From: Anthoceros angustus
Lineage: Eukaryota > Plantae > Anthocerotophyta
DNA length: 64,000 nucleotides
Reading direction: 5' to 3'
NCBI GenBank assembly: GCA_010909165.1
Contig: MU008218.1
Location: 62,001-126,000 of the forward strand
The notes below the pieces were generated by a model. The model was given only the letters and a program-made list of their open reading frames with translations, had not been told where the DNA came from and ran no database searches. Shown piece after piece: positions 51,091-64,000 of the stretch (positions are counted from its first letter, which is position 1; the number at the start of each line of letters is the position of its first letter). The translations under genes were made by a program, and so were the position numbers.

Positions 51091-53499
51091 AATAGGCTGT
51101 TTTTAAGAAAATGAATATTCAGCGGCTCAAGAGTTTTGCAACTTGGGATTGTTATTTGCTTGGGGAAAAGGTCTAGTAATGAATAGGTTCTGTGTTCAAA
51201 ACTCACATCTCTTTTGAATAACTCAACTTTGTTGATTTTAAGGATGCTTGAGTGCCAGAAGGTTGAAGACCACGATTGGCGAGCTTTTGGATGAGGGTCA
51301 GCAGACCCTGAATGTTGTGTGGCAGTCGACACCGTCCGAAGCTCAGCCCAAGAATTATACTAATGAATACGAGCAAGCATTGGAGGAGAATGACAGGTTT
51401 GATGCAGAGGATATGGACCGCCTTCGGAATTTGGTGGTGGTCCTTGACTCAGTATCGGCGCAAGGCATAGATGAGTCACTCGGCCGCACTCTTGAATGAC
51501 TATTGTCGATCCTGATGACCACTTCCTCCTTTAGCAGGTTGTTTGTTGCAATGTTCTCACGACCACTAAAATGAGACTCCCGCTAGTACAGAATTGTTTT
51601 CATTGTGTTCCACCACTTGAAAGTAAAAGTTTTTGGTTGTAATAAACATATGAAAATGACAGCCCTCTATGCATTCTACAAAAACGCAGACGGGGCCACA
51701 CCCTACTGTGCTCTAGTTCTGGAGTGTAGACTTGAAAGTGCGTCCTCTTGTCACGATGCACACCCTTCCTGCAACAGCATATCTGCCCTACTTTGATAAT
51801 GCGCAGACCCTTTCTGAGCCCATGCCTTCGATCGAAGGGGGTTACTATATTCCCCCCTTTCAATAGTCTATTGCTAAGTTTAGGTTGAAAAGAAGATGTT
51901 CCCCTTTGTTTCTCCTACACATATTGTTGTGTGACTTGAGACGATTGTTCCATAACATGAAGCGTAACTTGCACCGTGTCTGAATTCACCAAGTTAGAAC
52001 CTTGAGCTCCTCTCTTACCTCCTACCTTCACATTTTTATAGAAATAGACAATGTTAAAGATGTCCTAATTGATATGAGGGGCTAAGCCTTCATAGGTGTT
52101 TCTCTTGCACTCTACCTTTTCATCATTGCTCATGGCGAAGTAATCCTTCATGATGCTTGACTAATTTTGATAATAGATAATTTTTTTGACGTCTCTATGA
52201 ACATTGTTCTATTTTGTCATCAATTGGCTAGGACACTGCCCAACAAAGCCTTTAGCTGTCCTGACTCTTACAGATTACTTGAGTTCAAGACTCCGCTTCC
52301 GTTTCCTCCACTTTGCACTCACAAAGAGCAACTAGCTCCTCCTAGCTCCAAGCGCAAGCCGATGCCCGAGCGCTTTTTCTCCCGCGTCTTTTATCGGTGG
52401 CCGTCACGTCACTTACCTCCAACGGCGAAGTCATGGCAGCGGTCGACTCGAGAAGTTCGGGGGGCACAGACTTTTCACGTCGACCTGGGCAGCAGTAAAA
52501 AAGATGAAGTTTACTTTTTCTATCTACAAATTTAAACTTCAGAAATTAAGCCAAACCCGATAAAAAAAGGTGAAGGTTTGGTCCAAGCCCACGGTTGGTT
52601 AGTCAGAATCGTAATCCATATATGCTACGTATGCAACCATGGTTCGGTATATGAAGCTTGTTTGGGGGTCTGGGACAAAATTGGTGTGGTTCAGTTTTGG
52701 TTTCACCCAAAACTTGAGGCGAACCACACCCCAACCACGAGTCCGTTCCGGTCTAATAAGTGTCCTGGAAAGTGCCACAGTGGATACCTAGTTAAACGAT
52801 AAACGTCCAATATTTTCTTTGTGAATGATCACCATCACTTGGAAAAGACGAAAAAGAAGAGGTTCCGCTGTCAAATAGGAGGAATTTATATTCCAGTGCA
52901 ACACCTAGGTAAGTCTGTGCCTTATCTCACTCTTGGAAGGCCTGTTCGGAGTCGTCGAAGGATACGTATGCTCCATTTCGTCAGCTGGAAAACATCCCTC
53001 CGGCCACGATTCTTGGCCTGCCTCTGCTCTCCATACGATTACGCCTGTAGCAGTGTCCGCTAAGGCTAGAAGGGATCGCCAATCGCATTCGCATACCTCT
53101 GCTGTCCAAGTGTACGCCGTGAAGAAGATACTCCAGCTGCGCCGTCTGCTGCTGGTCGCATTGAGCCGCTGCTCATTTCCGGAGCCTGCGAAAAGCTGGC
53201 AACCCGCGCCGCTTCTTAGCGTCGCCATGCTCAGCGCGCGCCACCCAGTGAATGGCACTTCATGTAGATACTGCCACCATCGCACTGTCCCACAAGTAGG
53301 ATTGCCAATCGCTACAGCCGAACTCTTCCACACTCGCGTCTACTCCCGTGCCGCGCCGCCCCCGTTTCCTCATAGCTTAAACCCCTGAAAAGCCCTCCGT
53401 CGTGCCCTGGTTACAGACTGCGAATTGTAACTCAGCAAGGCACGAGTAATGTGAGCATCTATCGTATCGATGACCTGAGTCGGAGCTCACCGTTTCTCC

Positions 53500-55730
53500 A
53501 TGGCTGCCACCCGACAGCTTCAGCTACAGTCTTGCTCCGGATGCCTTCTTGATGCCCGAGCTCAAAGGGTTTCCAAGATTCCCGTGTCTGAAACTGGACT
53601 GTCTTGGGGCTCTAACTTGCGGGTCAGAAAGGAGTGGAACAGCCAATGTTGGCCACTGGCAGCTGGATTCAGAACAGGAAGGAGATTTTCGGAGTACCCC
53701 GTCACCGAGAGGATAGCATTTGGTGCAGGATCGGATTCTGCTTCTCGGTATGTCGCCTCCTACTATTTTTCCTCTCTCATTTCTCTTCTCCACTTTCCAG
53801 TTGACAGGAACAGGCGGACAGGCATTCTGTGCAACAAGTGTGATTCGCTTTGTTTGTGGGATGTGGACGTTATGGCAAGCTCCTTAGCAGACTGTGGCCG
53901 GCTCAAATTTCAAGCTCGCAAATGCCCTATGTGCTTCTTACATGCAGGTGTCGGATTAGCTCTGCAGCGACGAAGAAAGCAACGAGACGTGAGCATTTCC
54001 GCAAAGAATCCACAGCAGAATCTCCCTTCTCCTGCGGAAGGAAGAGACGAGGTGTGTTTCACTTTTTTCTTTGCCGCTCACCATCTTCTGTAGTAGGACG
54101 GTTTCACCATCGCTGACATTCCCAAGACTGATGATAGCAGGAGGAGTGAAAGCTCTACAAGCTAATGAGACACTGTCAGATACAGTCGGCGCAGATTCTC
54201 AGCAAGATACTTCGACAGCTACCAAGAAAAGGAAAGGTTAGATATTCAGGTTTGTGCTTTTGGGGCAGGACTTGTCTGCAATGATGTCCAGGATAGACGT
54301 CTTCAGCAGGTACCTCCGGTCGGAAGAAGAAGAGCGATAAGGAACAAATAACAGATGCACCAGACATGCCCCAGGAGACCCATGCAGATGAGCCTGACGA
54401 TGATGAACCTGAGACTTATGATTGGCCTCCTTTGGTGTGTTGTTTCGGAGAAGCTCTGAATGAGTTTCTGCCGTCAGTACGGGTGAGCAAAAGGCAGATG
54501 GATCCCGACATCTACTCCACCTGGAAGATGTTGCAGTGGAGCCCCCCGGAATTTGCAAGGGCACCAGGTGGCCCAGCGTCGAACACTGCGATTGCACTCT
54601 CTCGACTAGGCGGCAGGGTGGCATTTATGGGAAAACTAGGACGTGATGCAGCAGGAGGCTGTTTTGCTCACTCTGAACACAAACAGAGTACAAACTAGGG
54701 GAGTACGCTTTATCGACACTGCTGCCTCTGGTGTCTCCCGCTTTCACTTGAAGCACGATGGAAAAGTTTCCATGGAGCTTGCTTTGCCACCTGCCGAGGC
54801 CATGTTCACGAAAGCAGATATCAACCTCGAGGTTTTGAGGGAGGTATGTCACAGCTGGGGCTCCAGGTCTCTGACTTCTCCAGGACTTGTGTTAAAAAAA
54901 TGGTCCTTTTCTGGTGCTTGTTATGTGAAGCTGTTTTTCACTCTGTGCAGACAAAAATGTTCTATTTCACCTCCCTAAGCCTTACGACAGAGCCACTGGC
55001 CGCCACGCTTACAGAGACCATTGATTTGGCTCAAAAGCAAGGGGCAGACGTGTTTTTCGACCTCAACCTGCCACTTCCTTTGTGGCAATCTCAAGAGGCA
55101 ACCTTGAAAAGATTGAGGAGGTGTGGTTCAAGTCCAACTTCGTTGAGCTCACAAGGCATGAGCTTGAGTTTCTTCTTGGCGAGGAGTATTATGCAAAGAG
55201 GAGAAAAAAGAAGCCCACGTACTACGTGCAGTCAAGCAAGGATTCTATGAAAAAGCGGCTGGAGTACCATTATGAACCCAGGGAAATTGAACCCTTGTGG
55301 CATGAAGACATGAAGTGCATTTTTGTCACGGATGGGACGTACCGAATCCACTACTATACCCGAACATTTCATGGGTCTGTGGCTGGCACTGAAGATGTGC
55401 TTGTCACTCCATTCACCTGCGATAGGACTGGATCCGGTGACGCTCTGGTTGCAGGTATGCCGCCAACCTTCCGCTACCATCTCAGCTTTTGCTGCGAGAC
55501 AAAGAATGACTGTGGCACTTGGACCCATTGTTGTTACAGGTATCATCCGAAAGATCACCGCAAATCCTGGCATACTGCAGGATCAAACAAATCTAGACAA
55601 AGCTTTGCGCTTTGCAATTTGTGCAGGCATCATTGCCCAGTGGACGATTGGCGGTGTGAGGGGCTTGCCTACCGAGAGTGCTGCTCAAAATTTGACCGAG
55701 CAAGTGTACCCACCGGCCATGATTTCATAG
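53500..55730 (+). CDS. FLN1: Fructokinase-like protein (pfkB family, plastid PEP-associated), FLN1-like; at least two frameshifts in this assembly; N-terminal exon structure approximate
   Basis: Transit-peptide-like N-terminus, then PPLVCCFG, MDPDIYSTWKMLQWSPPEFARAPGG, FFDLNLPLPLW, VTDGT, GTEDVLVTPFTCDRTGSGD and QWTIGGVRGLPTESAAQNLTEQVY. Confidence 0.9.
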
Positions 55731-56345
55731 ACACCAATACGTGCTTAAGCATCCTCGATAGTCTCAACAAGTAGACCTAGTAAAACGATGGTTCTCGTTG
55801 TGATTGGGTTCTGATAAATGGTTAAAGGCTTTTCCATGGAAAATCCAAAATCCTTGACTGTGGGAGGTCCTGCTTCATAGGTGGTAGAGAGGTTAAGTGG
55901 CTTGGGTGGTCAGGTCCGGCTTGGGTCCCGAGCATTCGAGCGGCAGATTAGCTTGGTGGGTATTCGTGTGAACATCTTAGAATGCCATCTTCGCATATAT
56001 TCGTGTAAACATCCTGGACATGATCTTTCGCAACGATGCATTAATCCGAGTCGCGAGGCACCCAAAGGCCTAGGGTAGTCGCCCCAAAAAGTGTCGCTGG
56101 GTCGGGAACCGAGGATGGTTGCTATCAACGCTGTTGCGACGGCAGGACCTCCCGTCGCTCGTGGCCGGAAGAGTACGGCTGCTGCAACTTGCGGGGCAAA
56201 TGGTGACAGAGGACCATCTGGACAAGCGATGGGAGGCAGAGACGTGGGCAGCAGGGGAAGAAGATGGGGCAGAGTATTTCTGTTTTCTTCGTCATTAAGT
56301 CTAGCGTACAGAGTTTTGCTTTTGTTCATGGAGACGACTTACACT

Positions 56346-58516
56346 TTACTGTACATATGCCGCGTTGGGCACCTGGCTTAAGTTGCAAAAGACCCGCATG
56401 GTGTTACTTGTGACGTCCAGTAACTGGAGGTATTCATCAGCTCCATCAATCAGACACTGACAAACAGAACGTGATGAATCAGTGGAGAGCAGAAAGCTTA
56501 GAGGACGAAAGACTTGCTGCCATACCTTATCCGCTGCAGCAAGCCTCTCGCAGATCCTAGCCTTCTGGAGGTCGGAAATCACGTCGGGGGGCACATTTAC
56601 TATGGCATCGTACAGCTGCAGATACAAGGATAATGTGATTTAGCACTGCTGAGCCCAGTTTCCAGACAGATGATAGAGAAAGGGCGGGAAGGAAGACCTG
56701 AGAAAATATTCTGGATGTCGCATGTCCTTCCGCTATGATGTCTGTTACCACTTTCTGTGCCGCGTCAAACTGGCCACTTCGACAAGCTTTCAGCAGATCT
56801 AAGATGACTTGGTCTGGAACGACCTGCACAAGGAATCACTTAGACAAAAGTTGGGGAAAGGAAACGTAAAGAAAACAGGAAGGAACGTACCGCAGACACG
56901 CTGATGATGTTTTCGCTGGATATAGAGGAGCCGTACAAGCGGGCTGCACTCTGCACAATAAGGACAGGCAGTTGAAAATGGATTTAGTCAGTGCCAATAA
57001 GGTACAATGAATCCATGAGCTAATAGGATGCGGTTTCTTCACAGCTTACAGGTTTCAGGACTCCCAAGATAATCTCCTGAAACATGAATGTGCACTGGGC
57101 AGCAAAAAGGAGAATGGTTTCGACTCAGCAAAGGTCAATAAGGCACCAGATGAAGAAATGTTACGGACCTGTAGATAGGTGATGGCTCGACGGAGGTCAC
57201 CTTCTGACACACGTTTCAAAGTCGACAATGCCTGCAATCAGAGGACAAAATAACGATTCGTAATCTGTTTCTCCTCCCATACTAAGACACTGAAGGAAAA
57301 CCACAAGTCATCGCAGCAACCTCTGAATCCAGGGTGAGACCCTCTTCTTTGCAGATGTATGCAAGTCGATTGTTCATGGTGTCTTCCATTAGAGGCTTGA
57401 AACGAAATTTCGCACATCTTGATGCCAAAGGGTCTATGATCCTGCAAAACAAAGCATGATCTTTGATTTCAAATAAGGGATCAAAATGCTACCTGAAGAT
57501 TACAGATAAACCAATAAAATGGCTCACCTGCTGACATAGTTGCAGATGAAAATGAAGCGCGTCACCTTGTAATGCAGCTCCATTGTTCGCCTCAAAGCAT
57601 TCTGTTACACTCAAGTATAGCCGACATCACATATCGGCCTTGCATCGAAATAACATATGAATCAAGGTGAAAACGGAAAAGCATGCCACCTGAGCATCCT
57701 CTGTCATTGAATCTGCCTCATCTAGGATGATCAACTTAAAAGGAGGACAGGGGTAACCACTGCATGAGCACTAATACACGTTAACTCCGCAGTACAAGCT
57801 GGACCAACACCCCATGCTCTGCATTGAATTGCAATACCCAAACACAAACTTTCAGCACCACTGAAAGTAGGGAGATGCCAGAGCCAAAAACAGAAAACCA
57901 GAGACAAACCTGACACTTTTCCCGACAGCAACACCTGCGAAATCCTTGATTTTCGTGCGGACTACATTGATCCCACGCTCATCACTTGCATTGAGTTCTA
58001 AAACTCGGCTCTTATAGAGCTCTGGACTGCATTGAGCACACACAACTATCCGAAATCAGGGGTAATGGATGGGCTAAGGAGCAATTATACCAACACACCG
58101 CTACTAACCCAAATAATTGATGAGCAATTGCCAGAGCCGTAGTAGTTTTTCCCGTGCCAGGAGGCCCATAGAAGAGCATATGCGGCAGCTGCAACCCTCC
58201 TCGGTGAGAGACTCCAGCTACTGCAACCTCATAACCTAGACACCAGCAACAAGTAAACGCTCCACAGGCAACACATTCAGGCTTACGTTGCCAGTCTCAA
58301 GAGTGTTTTTGAGCACGCGAACAACTTCGTCCTGATGAGCTACATCCTCGACTTTCCTTGGCCGGCTGATCCAAGAACCATCACAATCAGATCAATCCAG
58401 GAAATCCGCCGGAAAGGTTAGAACAATCACAAGAAGCATCCTTCGAAGGAGACATGCAATTGGGTGACTTACTACTTCTCCACCCAATGCTGCGAGTTGC
58501 GCACCACGGGCGCCAT
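56346..58516 (-). CDS. RFC4: Replication factor C small subunit (plant/human RFC4, yeast Rfc2 orthologue), multi-exon
   Basis: Motifs [66 protein letters not shown] and DGADEYLQL. Confidence 0.93.
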
Positions 58517-58748
58517 GTGAACCGGGAACAGAATTCCCGAATTCTCTGCAAACTCGTTGAAGCTCACGATTGATGATATCCAAATACTGGAACCATAAAA
58601 CCTTCCCGCCAACGAATGCAAATGGGTTCAGCCGTATTTGGAAATCACCACCGAGCGTCGAGCTAGGGCACCAGCTTCGGTCTCCACAGCGGACCGGTGA
58701 ACGGGGTGTTTGTGAGATCCAGCTCTGGAGGTGTATTGCTGAGGGAGC
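58517..58748. promoter_or_regulatory. Putative bidirectional promoter/5'UTRs shared by RFC4 and rps12
   Basis: Only 232 bp separate the divergent start codons. Confidence 0.55.
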
Positions 58749-59684
58749 ATGTCCTCCCGCAGAGCGCTGGGTGTGGCACTCTGGAGGCTCACACGCAGGA
58801 GCAGCGCAGCCGAGCAGGCTCGATCCCTCACCACTCTGAACGCCAGCAGGACGTCCCCGCATCCTCCCCTAACCGGGTCATTCCACCTCTTTGGCCAGGG
58901 ATCTGCCGCTCAGGATATCAGAGCTGTATCAAGAGTGAGTTGGGTTGATGCATTTGTCTCTTCCATTTCTACCCTGAAGTTTATGATTGCAGCGGGGAGG
59001 AATCTGATGTGTCGGAGATGGCCTTTTCTGTCAGGTTGGACAGAACCCAGAAGTCGCGGGGCAACTGACCCATCTGCTCAGCAAAGCCAGGTCTGTGGTA
59101 TGGGTGCATCTTAGGCTTCCCTGCTGTCTGGTCTGCAGAGCTAATGACAGATTTCTTTTCCATGCAGATTCTTTGGCCCAGCACTTGAGCCACTGGCAAG
59201 GGCAGCTGCAATCCCGTGGTCAGGCTTGAGAGGGCTGAGTCACCAACACCCCGGCCTTGTCCCTTTCCTGGGAGTGCAGCATGACGGCATTTCTTCTTGC
59301 CGGACCATGGTGACACTGAACCAGCTGGTTCGTCATGGTAGGCAGAAGAAGAAGCGGAGTCAGCGTACCCGAGCCTTGGCTCAATGTCCTCAGAAACGAG
59401 GAGTATGTCTGCGTGTGTCAACCAGGACACCGAAGAAGCCCAATTCAGCTTTGCGTAAGATAGCTAAAGTACGGCTGACTAATCGGAGTGAAGTGATTGC
59501 CTACATTCCTGGAGAAGGACACAATCTGCAGGAGCATTCCGTGGTTCTGATCAGAGGAGGAAGGGTGAAGGATTTGCCAGGAGTGAAGTACCACTGCATT
59601 CGGGGGGTCAAGGACTTACAAGGAGTGCAGGCTCGACGGCAAGGTAGATCTAAGTATGGCACCAAGAAGCCAAAAGCAACATGA
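58749..59684 (+). CDS. rps12: Nuclear-encoded mitochondrial ribosomal protein S12 (uS12m) with acquired presequence (exons 58749-58934, 59035-59090, 59168-59684)
   Basis: The core from 59307, [12 protein letters not shown]...[25 protein letters not shown]...[21 protein letters not shown], is the plant-mitochondrial type. It is preceded by an Arg/Ser/Ala-rich N-terminal extension, and the splice phases are consistent. Confidence 0.93.
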
Positions 59685-60110
59685 TCTCCTTCACCCTAGC
59701 TATCAGAAGAGCGAAGCATCTCCTCGCTGGGACGCAGGCTCTGGTCATTGCCTCTTCGGCAACAAGCAACTCGAGAATCCAGTACAGCTGCCCTGCGGAG
59801 CAGTCTACAGGCAACACATGTTAGGACCGCATCAGCTGAGTCTTCGTATTTCACCAGCTTCCAGAGGCATCGTGCCCACGGTGCTGTATTTTTCTTTCCT
59901 TAAAAGTGTCTGGTTCTCGTTCACGTAATCTACCGCCCAGAAGCCCTGGTTCTACTTCATGGTGCCGAATTGGTTTTCTGAGTCCTGATTGGAGGACTTG
60001 ATGTCGTAGAATCACACGAGGCAAAGCCACAAATTTCCACCTGGTTACAGAGCATGTTTCTGTTTTCAGGTATCTACTCGGAGCAGGAGAGCAGTATGTA
60101 GTTTCACGGG

Positions 60111-62272
60111 ATGCAGAGCTGCCATTTCCTGGTCTTCCACAGGCCGGGAGTGGAGCGCTTGGGTCGTTGCACGCGATCGCGTCATTTCCGACCCAATTTG
60201 CGCGAACGGGTTCGACCCAGGCAATTTTCTCGAGGGAGCTGCGCTGTGGAGAACCGGGCCAATTCTGCAGGCCAGGTGCAGCCGGGGAAGATTGGTGGTT
60301 CAGAATCCATGGCCAGCTCCAAGCTTGATCTCCAGCTCGACAACATTCTTGCCGCCCTTCAGCTGATTGTTCCTCCTCTGTCAAATGACCGGCATAAGGG
60401 GCAGTCTGGTGAGATTGCTTGTGAGTGGTGTCGTTGGATTTGAGGGCGTTTGTGAGGTTGTGGAAGCCACTGGCTCACTTTGGAAATTGCAACAGGCAGA
60501 GTTGCGGTATTCGGAGGGTGTAGGGAGTATACCGGAGCTCCGTATTTTGCAGCCATTTCAGCTTTGAAGATGGTAATTGAGGCCGATCACCTTTGTCGTG
60601 CTCGCCGTTCCGGGAACGAGCTGAACTGTTCGATGGGCTGTCTATCAGGGGGCAGATTTGTCACACGTTTTCTGCGCTGAGGGTGCTGCCACAGTGATCA
60701 AAAGCTACAGTCCTGAGCTGATTGTGCATCCCGTTCTACCGGAGGCCAATGGGACTGCAGTGTACGAGACCCTCTGTATTGCGTTGGGCTTCAGCAGGTT
60801 GCAGGATTCCAGCTGGTCGGCTTACGGGCTTGATTTGCAGGGAAGAAGGAACCGCGCTGGGACAGGGCATTGAGGGTATTAAGAAATGGATGTCTAACTT
60901 CAACGGAATTGTCGTAGGGCCGGGACTTGGCAGAGAGTTGTCCCTGGTGAGCCCTATTTCTGTACTCCCTCATGCACTTTTCCTAGCCGCTGTTGTTCCG
61001 CTTTCAAGTTTTGGCCTCTTCATTGGGAGATTTCTCTTTTCATGCAGTCTGTTATGCCAGCAGTTATACAGCAAGCGAAGTCACTGGATATACCGATTGT
61101 GATTGATGGGGTTAGCATTTCTATTCTTCTGCTTCTTGGATTGAGATTCAGATTTCACCAGGCTGAGCTCACAACAGCGAACAAATCCTGTTGACTTTGC
61201 TGCGAAGGATGGACTACATGCTGTAACAAAGGAATCAAGCCTCGTTCAAGGGTACTCGCAAGTAGTTTTGACTCCAAACTACAATGAGTACAAGCGACTG
61301 GTTGCACAGGTTCTCGGGGGCAATGTGGATGAGGGGGTAGAGAAGGATCTTCCCGAACAAGTGCGGCGTCTAGCCGATTGGTAAGTACGCTGCTGCATGT
61401 GGTCATGGTGGATACTACAGGTGTCACCATGTTCTGATGGTAGCAGGTTGGTTGTCATCGGACAGCTTGGGGGTGACGATTCTGAAAAAAGGTCCAACAG
61501 ACATTATCAGCGATGGTAAAACAGGTTTGTCTTCCTGTGACCCAGTTGAGGTCTCCTCGCCTCTCAGAACTTGATTAGGAACTGTCTTCGACTTATTAGC
61601 AACAAACGTCATGTCTTTTCTCTGCAGTGGTTGAGTCCAGCTTTTTTGGATCACCTCGAAGATGTGGTGGGCAAGGGGATGTGCTGTCAGGAAGGTTTGT
61701 GTAGTCGAAACAGAGCTACAGTTCAGCCAATTTCTTCTGGGTTTTGGCATGTCCGATTGTCTGCCCGTGAACTGATTTCTTATCAGTTCCATTTGACGGT
61801 TTAAAACCACTTGTCAGTGTCTGTGTTTTTACGAGCTGGGCGAAGCAGTACCTGGAGGCAGAAGCAGGCAGTCCAGACGCGAAGAAGTTGGAAGACAGGT
61901 ACCCTGCACATCACATGCATCAGTGGTCGCATTATTTAGCCCCATGTGCATCTCATCTGGTCTGCATATGGACATCGCATTTTTCTGCAGGTTTTCTGCA
62001 AACCCAGCCATACTTGGGACTCTAGCGGGCTCCATTTTGGTTCGGAAAGCAGCGCAAGAAGCATTTTCAAAACACAGGCGAGGGATGCTAACCACCGATT
62101 TGATAGAGTTTCTCGCTCTCAGGTACGATTCCCTACCAGCCTTGTTCGTTGGGCACTAGACTATTTGTAGGGGACTGAGGGCAAGCCTGCGAAGGTGTTT
62201 AAATGCAATCCGCTTACGACGCTGTTTCCTTATTGCTGTAGTATGGATGAACTGTTCCCTGCTACACGCTGA
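60111..62272 (+). CDS. NAXD: ATP-dependent (S)-NAD(P)H-hydrate dehydratase, multi-exon
   Basis: Motifs [59 protein letters not shown] and [14 protein letters not shown]. Confidence 0.93.
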
Positions 62273-62390
62273 AGCTGCCGACCCCAGCAGAAGGTGTTGT
62301 CGAGCACATCGTTGTAGCTCCGTGTTATAACGGCATTGTCAAATTGTTTCTCTGGCAAACTGTTCAAGAGGCCGTCTGTAAGACAGAAAT

Positions 62391-64000
62391 TCATGCTCTA
62401 TCTCCAACGGGTGCATACTCGAAACCTGTTCTCCAGAATCCACCGAAACCGCTTTGTCTAGCTGCTCTGTCGAGCCACAGTTGCTCAACTTCTTGGAAGG
62501 ACAGGCCCTTTGTTTCTGGAACAGCAACTAGAACAAACCAGATTGCCAACACTGCCAACATTAGGAAAACGACGAAAGTGGTGGATGTCCCCAGGAGTTC
62601 CACCAACGATAAGAAAGTCTGTGCGACCAGAAGGTTTGCCAACCAGTTGGCTGTAGCTGCAATACCGCTGCAGACGCCCCGGAGATGTGCGGGATAAATT
62701 TCTGAATTCACAGCCCATGGTACTGGCCCCATGCCCGGGGCAAAAGCTGCTATGTAGAGAGCAAGCCCAGCCAAAGCCAACCACCCATAGCGGCCGGGGC
62801 AACCCTGAGTGAACCAAGACCCAGATGCCACTGTCGTGCAAACGTCACCAACTGTGATGTTCTGAACTACACAACTTCCAAGAGTCCCCTGTGTCAAAAC
62901 AACAGAGGACACAATCAAACTCACTGAATGCTGACAGGTGACAGCAAATAAAGATAATCTCAGAGGTGTGTACCTGGCTGGTTGAAGGCAAGCAGAATCC
63001 ACAACCTGCTTGAAGACAGGTATAGCATGTAGAAGCAACATCGTGTGACACTGGGCAGAAGTCGGAAGGTTTGAATACTTCAGTGTCCCAGCTGACTAGA
63101 GGAGAGTCCCTTGCTGTTAGGTGGAAAGACAGAGATAATACGGCTAGAGCTATAATCACCCCTGTCAAACTCATAATCGCAAGGTTCCTCCGTCCTTTCC
63201 TGTCTATCAAGATAATGCCTACGATGGTTCCAACAGCATTCAAGCCAGCCACAGCTGAAGATAACAGCACTGCAGTTTGATGTGAGGCGATCCCAGCAAG
63301 TTCCACAATCGAGGGGCTGTAGTACATCACCGTATTTATCCCAACCAGCTGCTGAAAGATCTGAAGACATGAATTAAACCCGTGGTTAGTGGTACAAACG
63401 AAGATTGTAACTGCACGTGATGAATGGACAAAATGAAGTACTGATGAATCTGTTTCTACGTTTGCTGAGTGGTTTGTGAAAGTTTTCTTAACGAGTTAGC
63501 TCGGTACCTGCATGCCAATACCTGCTATAAGCGCCAACCTTAGTTCCTTCTTTTGGAAAAGATCTGTTCTGGTGAAAGGTTTCTGATGAAGATCTTCCTC
63601 TGCTTCAGCGAGAATTACCTCAAGCTCATGTTTTAGCTTGTCTGGGGGGTGGATCTTCCTAACAGTGATGATTGCCTCATCAAACCGTTTCTGCAAGCAA
63701 AAACCACGCTGCCAATCTTAGTGAACAATTACAGACCTAAGTAGCATCTGGTGGATTGCTAGTTGGACACACCTGAGTGAGTAGCCATCGTGGAGATTCT
63801 GGCAGGAAAACAAAAGTAATAGCTTGTAAAACGGCGGGTAATCCTGCTACTCCCAACATCCAGCGCCAGGTGCCTGGAACCTTCACCAATGACGGCTTGA
63901 TATTAGAAAAACTCGTTGGTATAAGTCAAGCATAATGGCCTAGTCATAGGCAGAAGAGTTTTCCAACCCTGGGAAGCGGGGATGCATGATAGAAGCGAGC
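62391..64000 (-). CDS. Inositol transporter (INT/HMIT-type MFS sugar porter), 3' part; 5' end beyond the window
   Basis: Motifs [28 protein letters not shown], a Cys-rich loop [28 protein letters not shown] and VPETKG. Confidence 0.92.

Noticed and set aside
52905-53388. Overlapping 142-aa and 151-aa ORFs upstream of FLN
   Set aside because: No motifs or splice support. A small gene cannot be excluded but is not supportable from the sequence.
59307-59684. Bacterial contamination or NUMT explanation for rps12 (and contamination for murJ)
   Set aside because: Both genes have spliceosomal introns in phase and targeting-like leaders, and both sit among plant nuclear genes.

Overview
This is eukaryotic plant nuclear DNA with short GT-AG introns and dense gene packing. 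The gene content (a plastid-targeted MurJ, a nuclear copy of mitochondrial-type rps12, a SPARK/URK-2 kinase) points to a compact-genome non-seed land plant such as Selaginella or a hornwort; this is inference. Left gene block (1-23.5 kb): 5' end of a MurJ/MviN lipid II flippase, an orphan ORF, a cysteine-synthase-2-like PLP enzyme, an intronless PI-PLC X-domain gene, sucrose-phosphate synthase with a tandemly duplicated 5' end, a SPARK-domain receptor-like kinase and a ~1030-aa dynamin/SLIP-GC-like GTPase. Middle block (23.7-52.5 kb): a repeat island dominated by a 22.5-kb CACTA transposon (26422-48925) with matching TIRs and a CAT target-site duplication. It carries degenerate TnpD and TnpA-like sequence, an antisense cargo ORF and a nested ~7.9-kb unclassified element. 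Right gene block (53.5-64 kb): FLN1-like, RFC4, nuclear rps12, NAD(P)HX dehydratase and an inositol transporter (partial). Repeated indel-rich tandem duplications and frameshifts in a conserved gene suggest an imperfectly polished long-read assembly. I cannot demonstrate a wholly new biological system. The best leads are the SLIP-GC-like GTPase, the plastid MurJ, the SPARK kinase and the CACTA cargo. All family calls come from recalled motifs, not from database searches.
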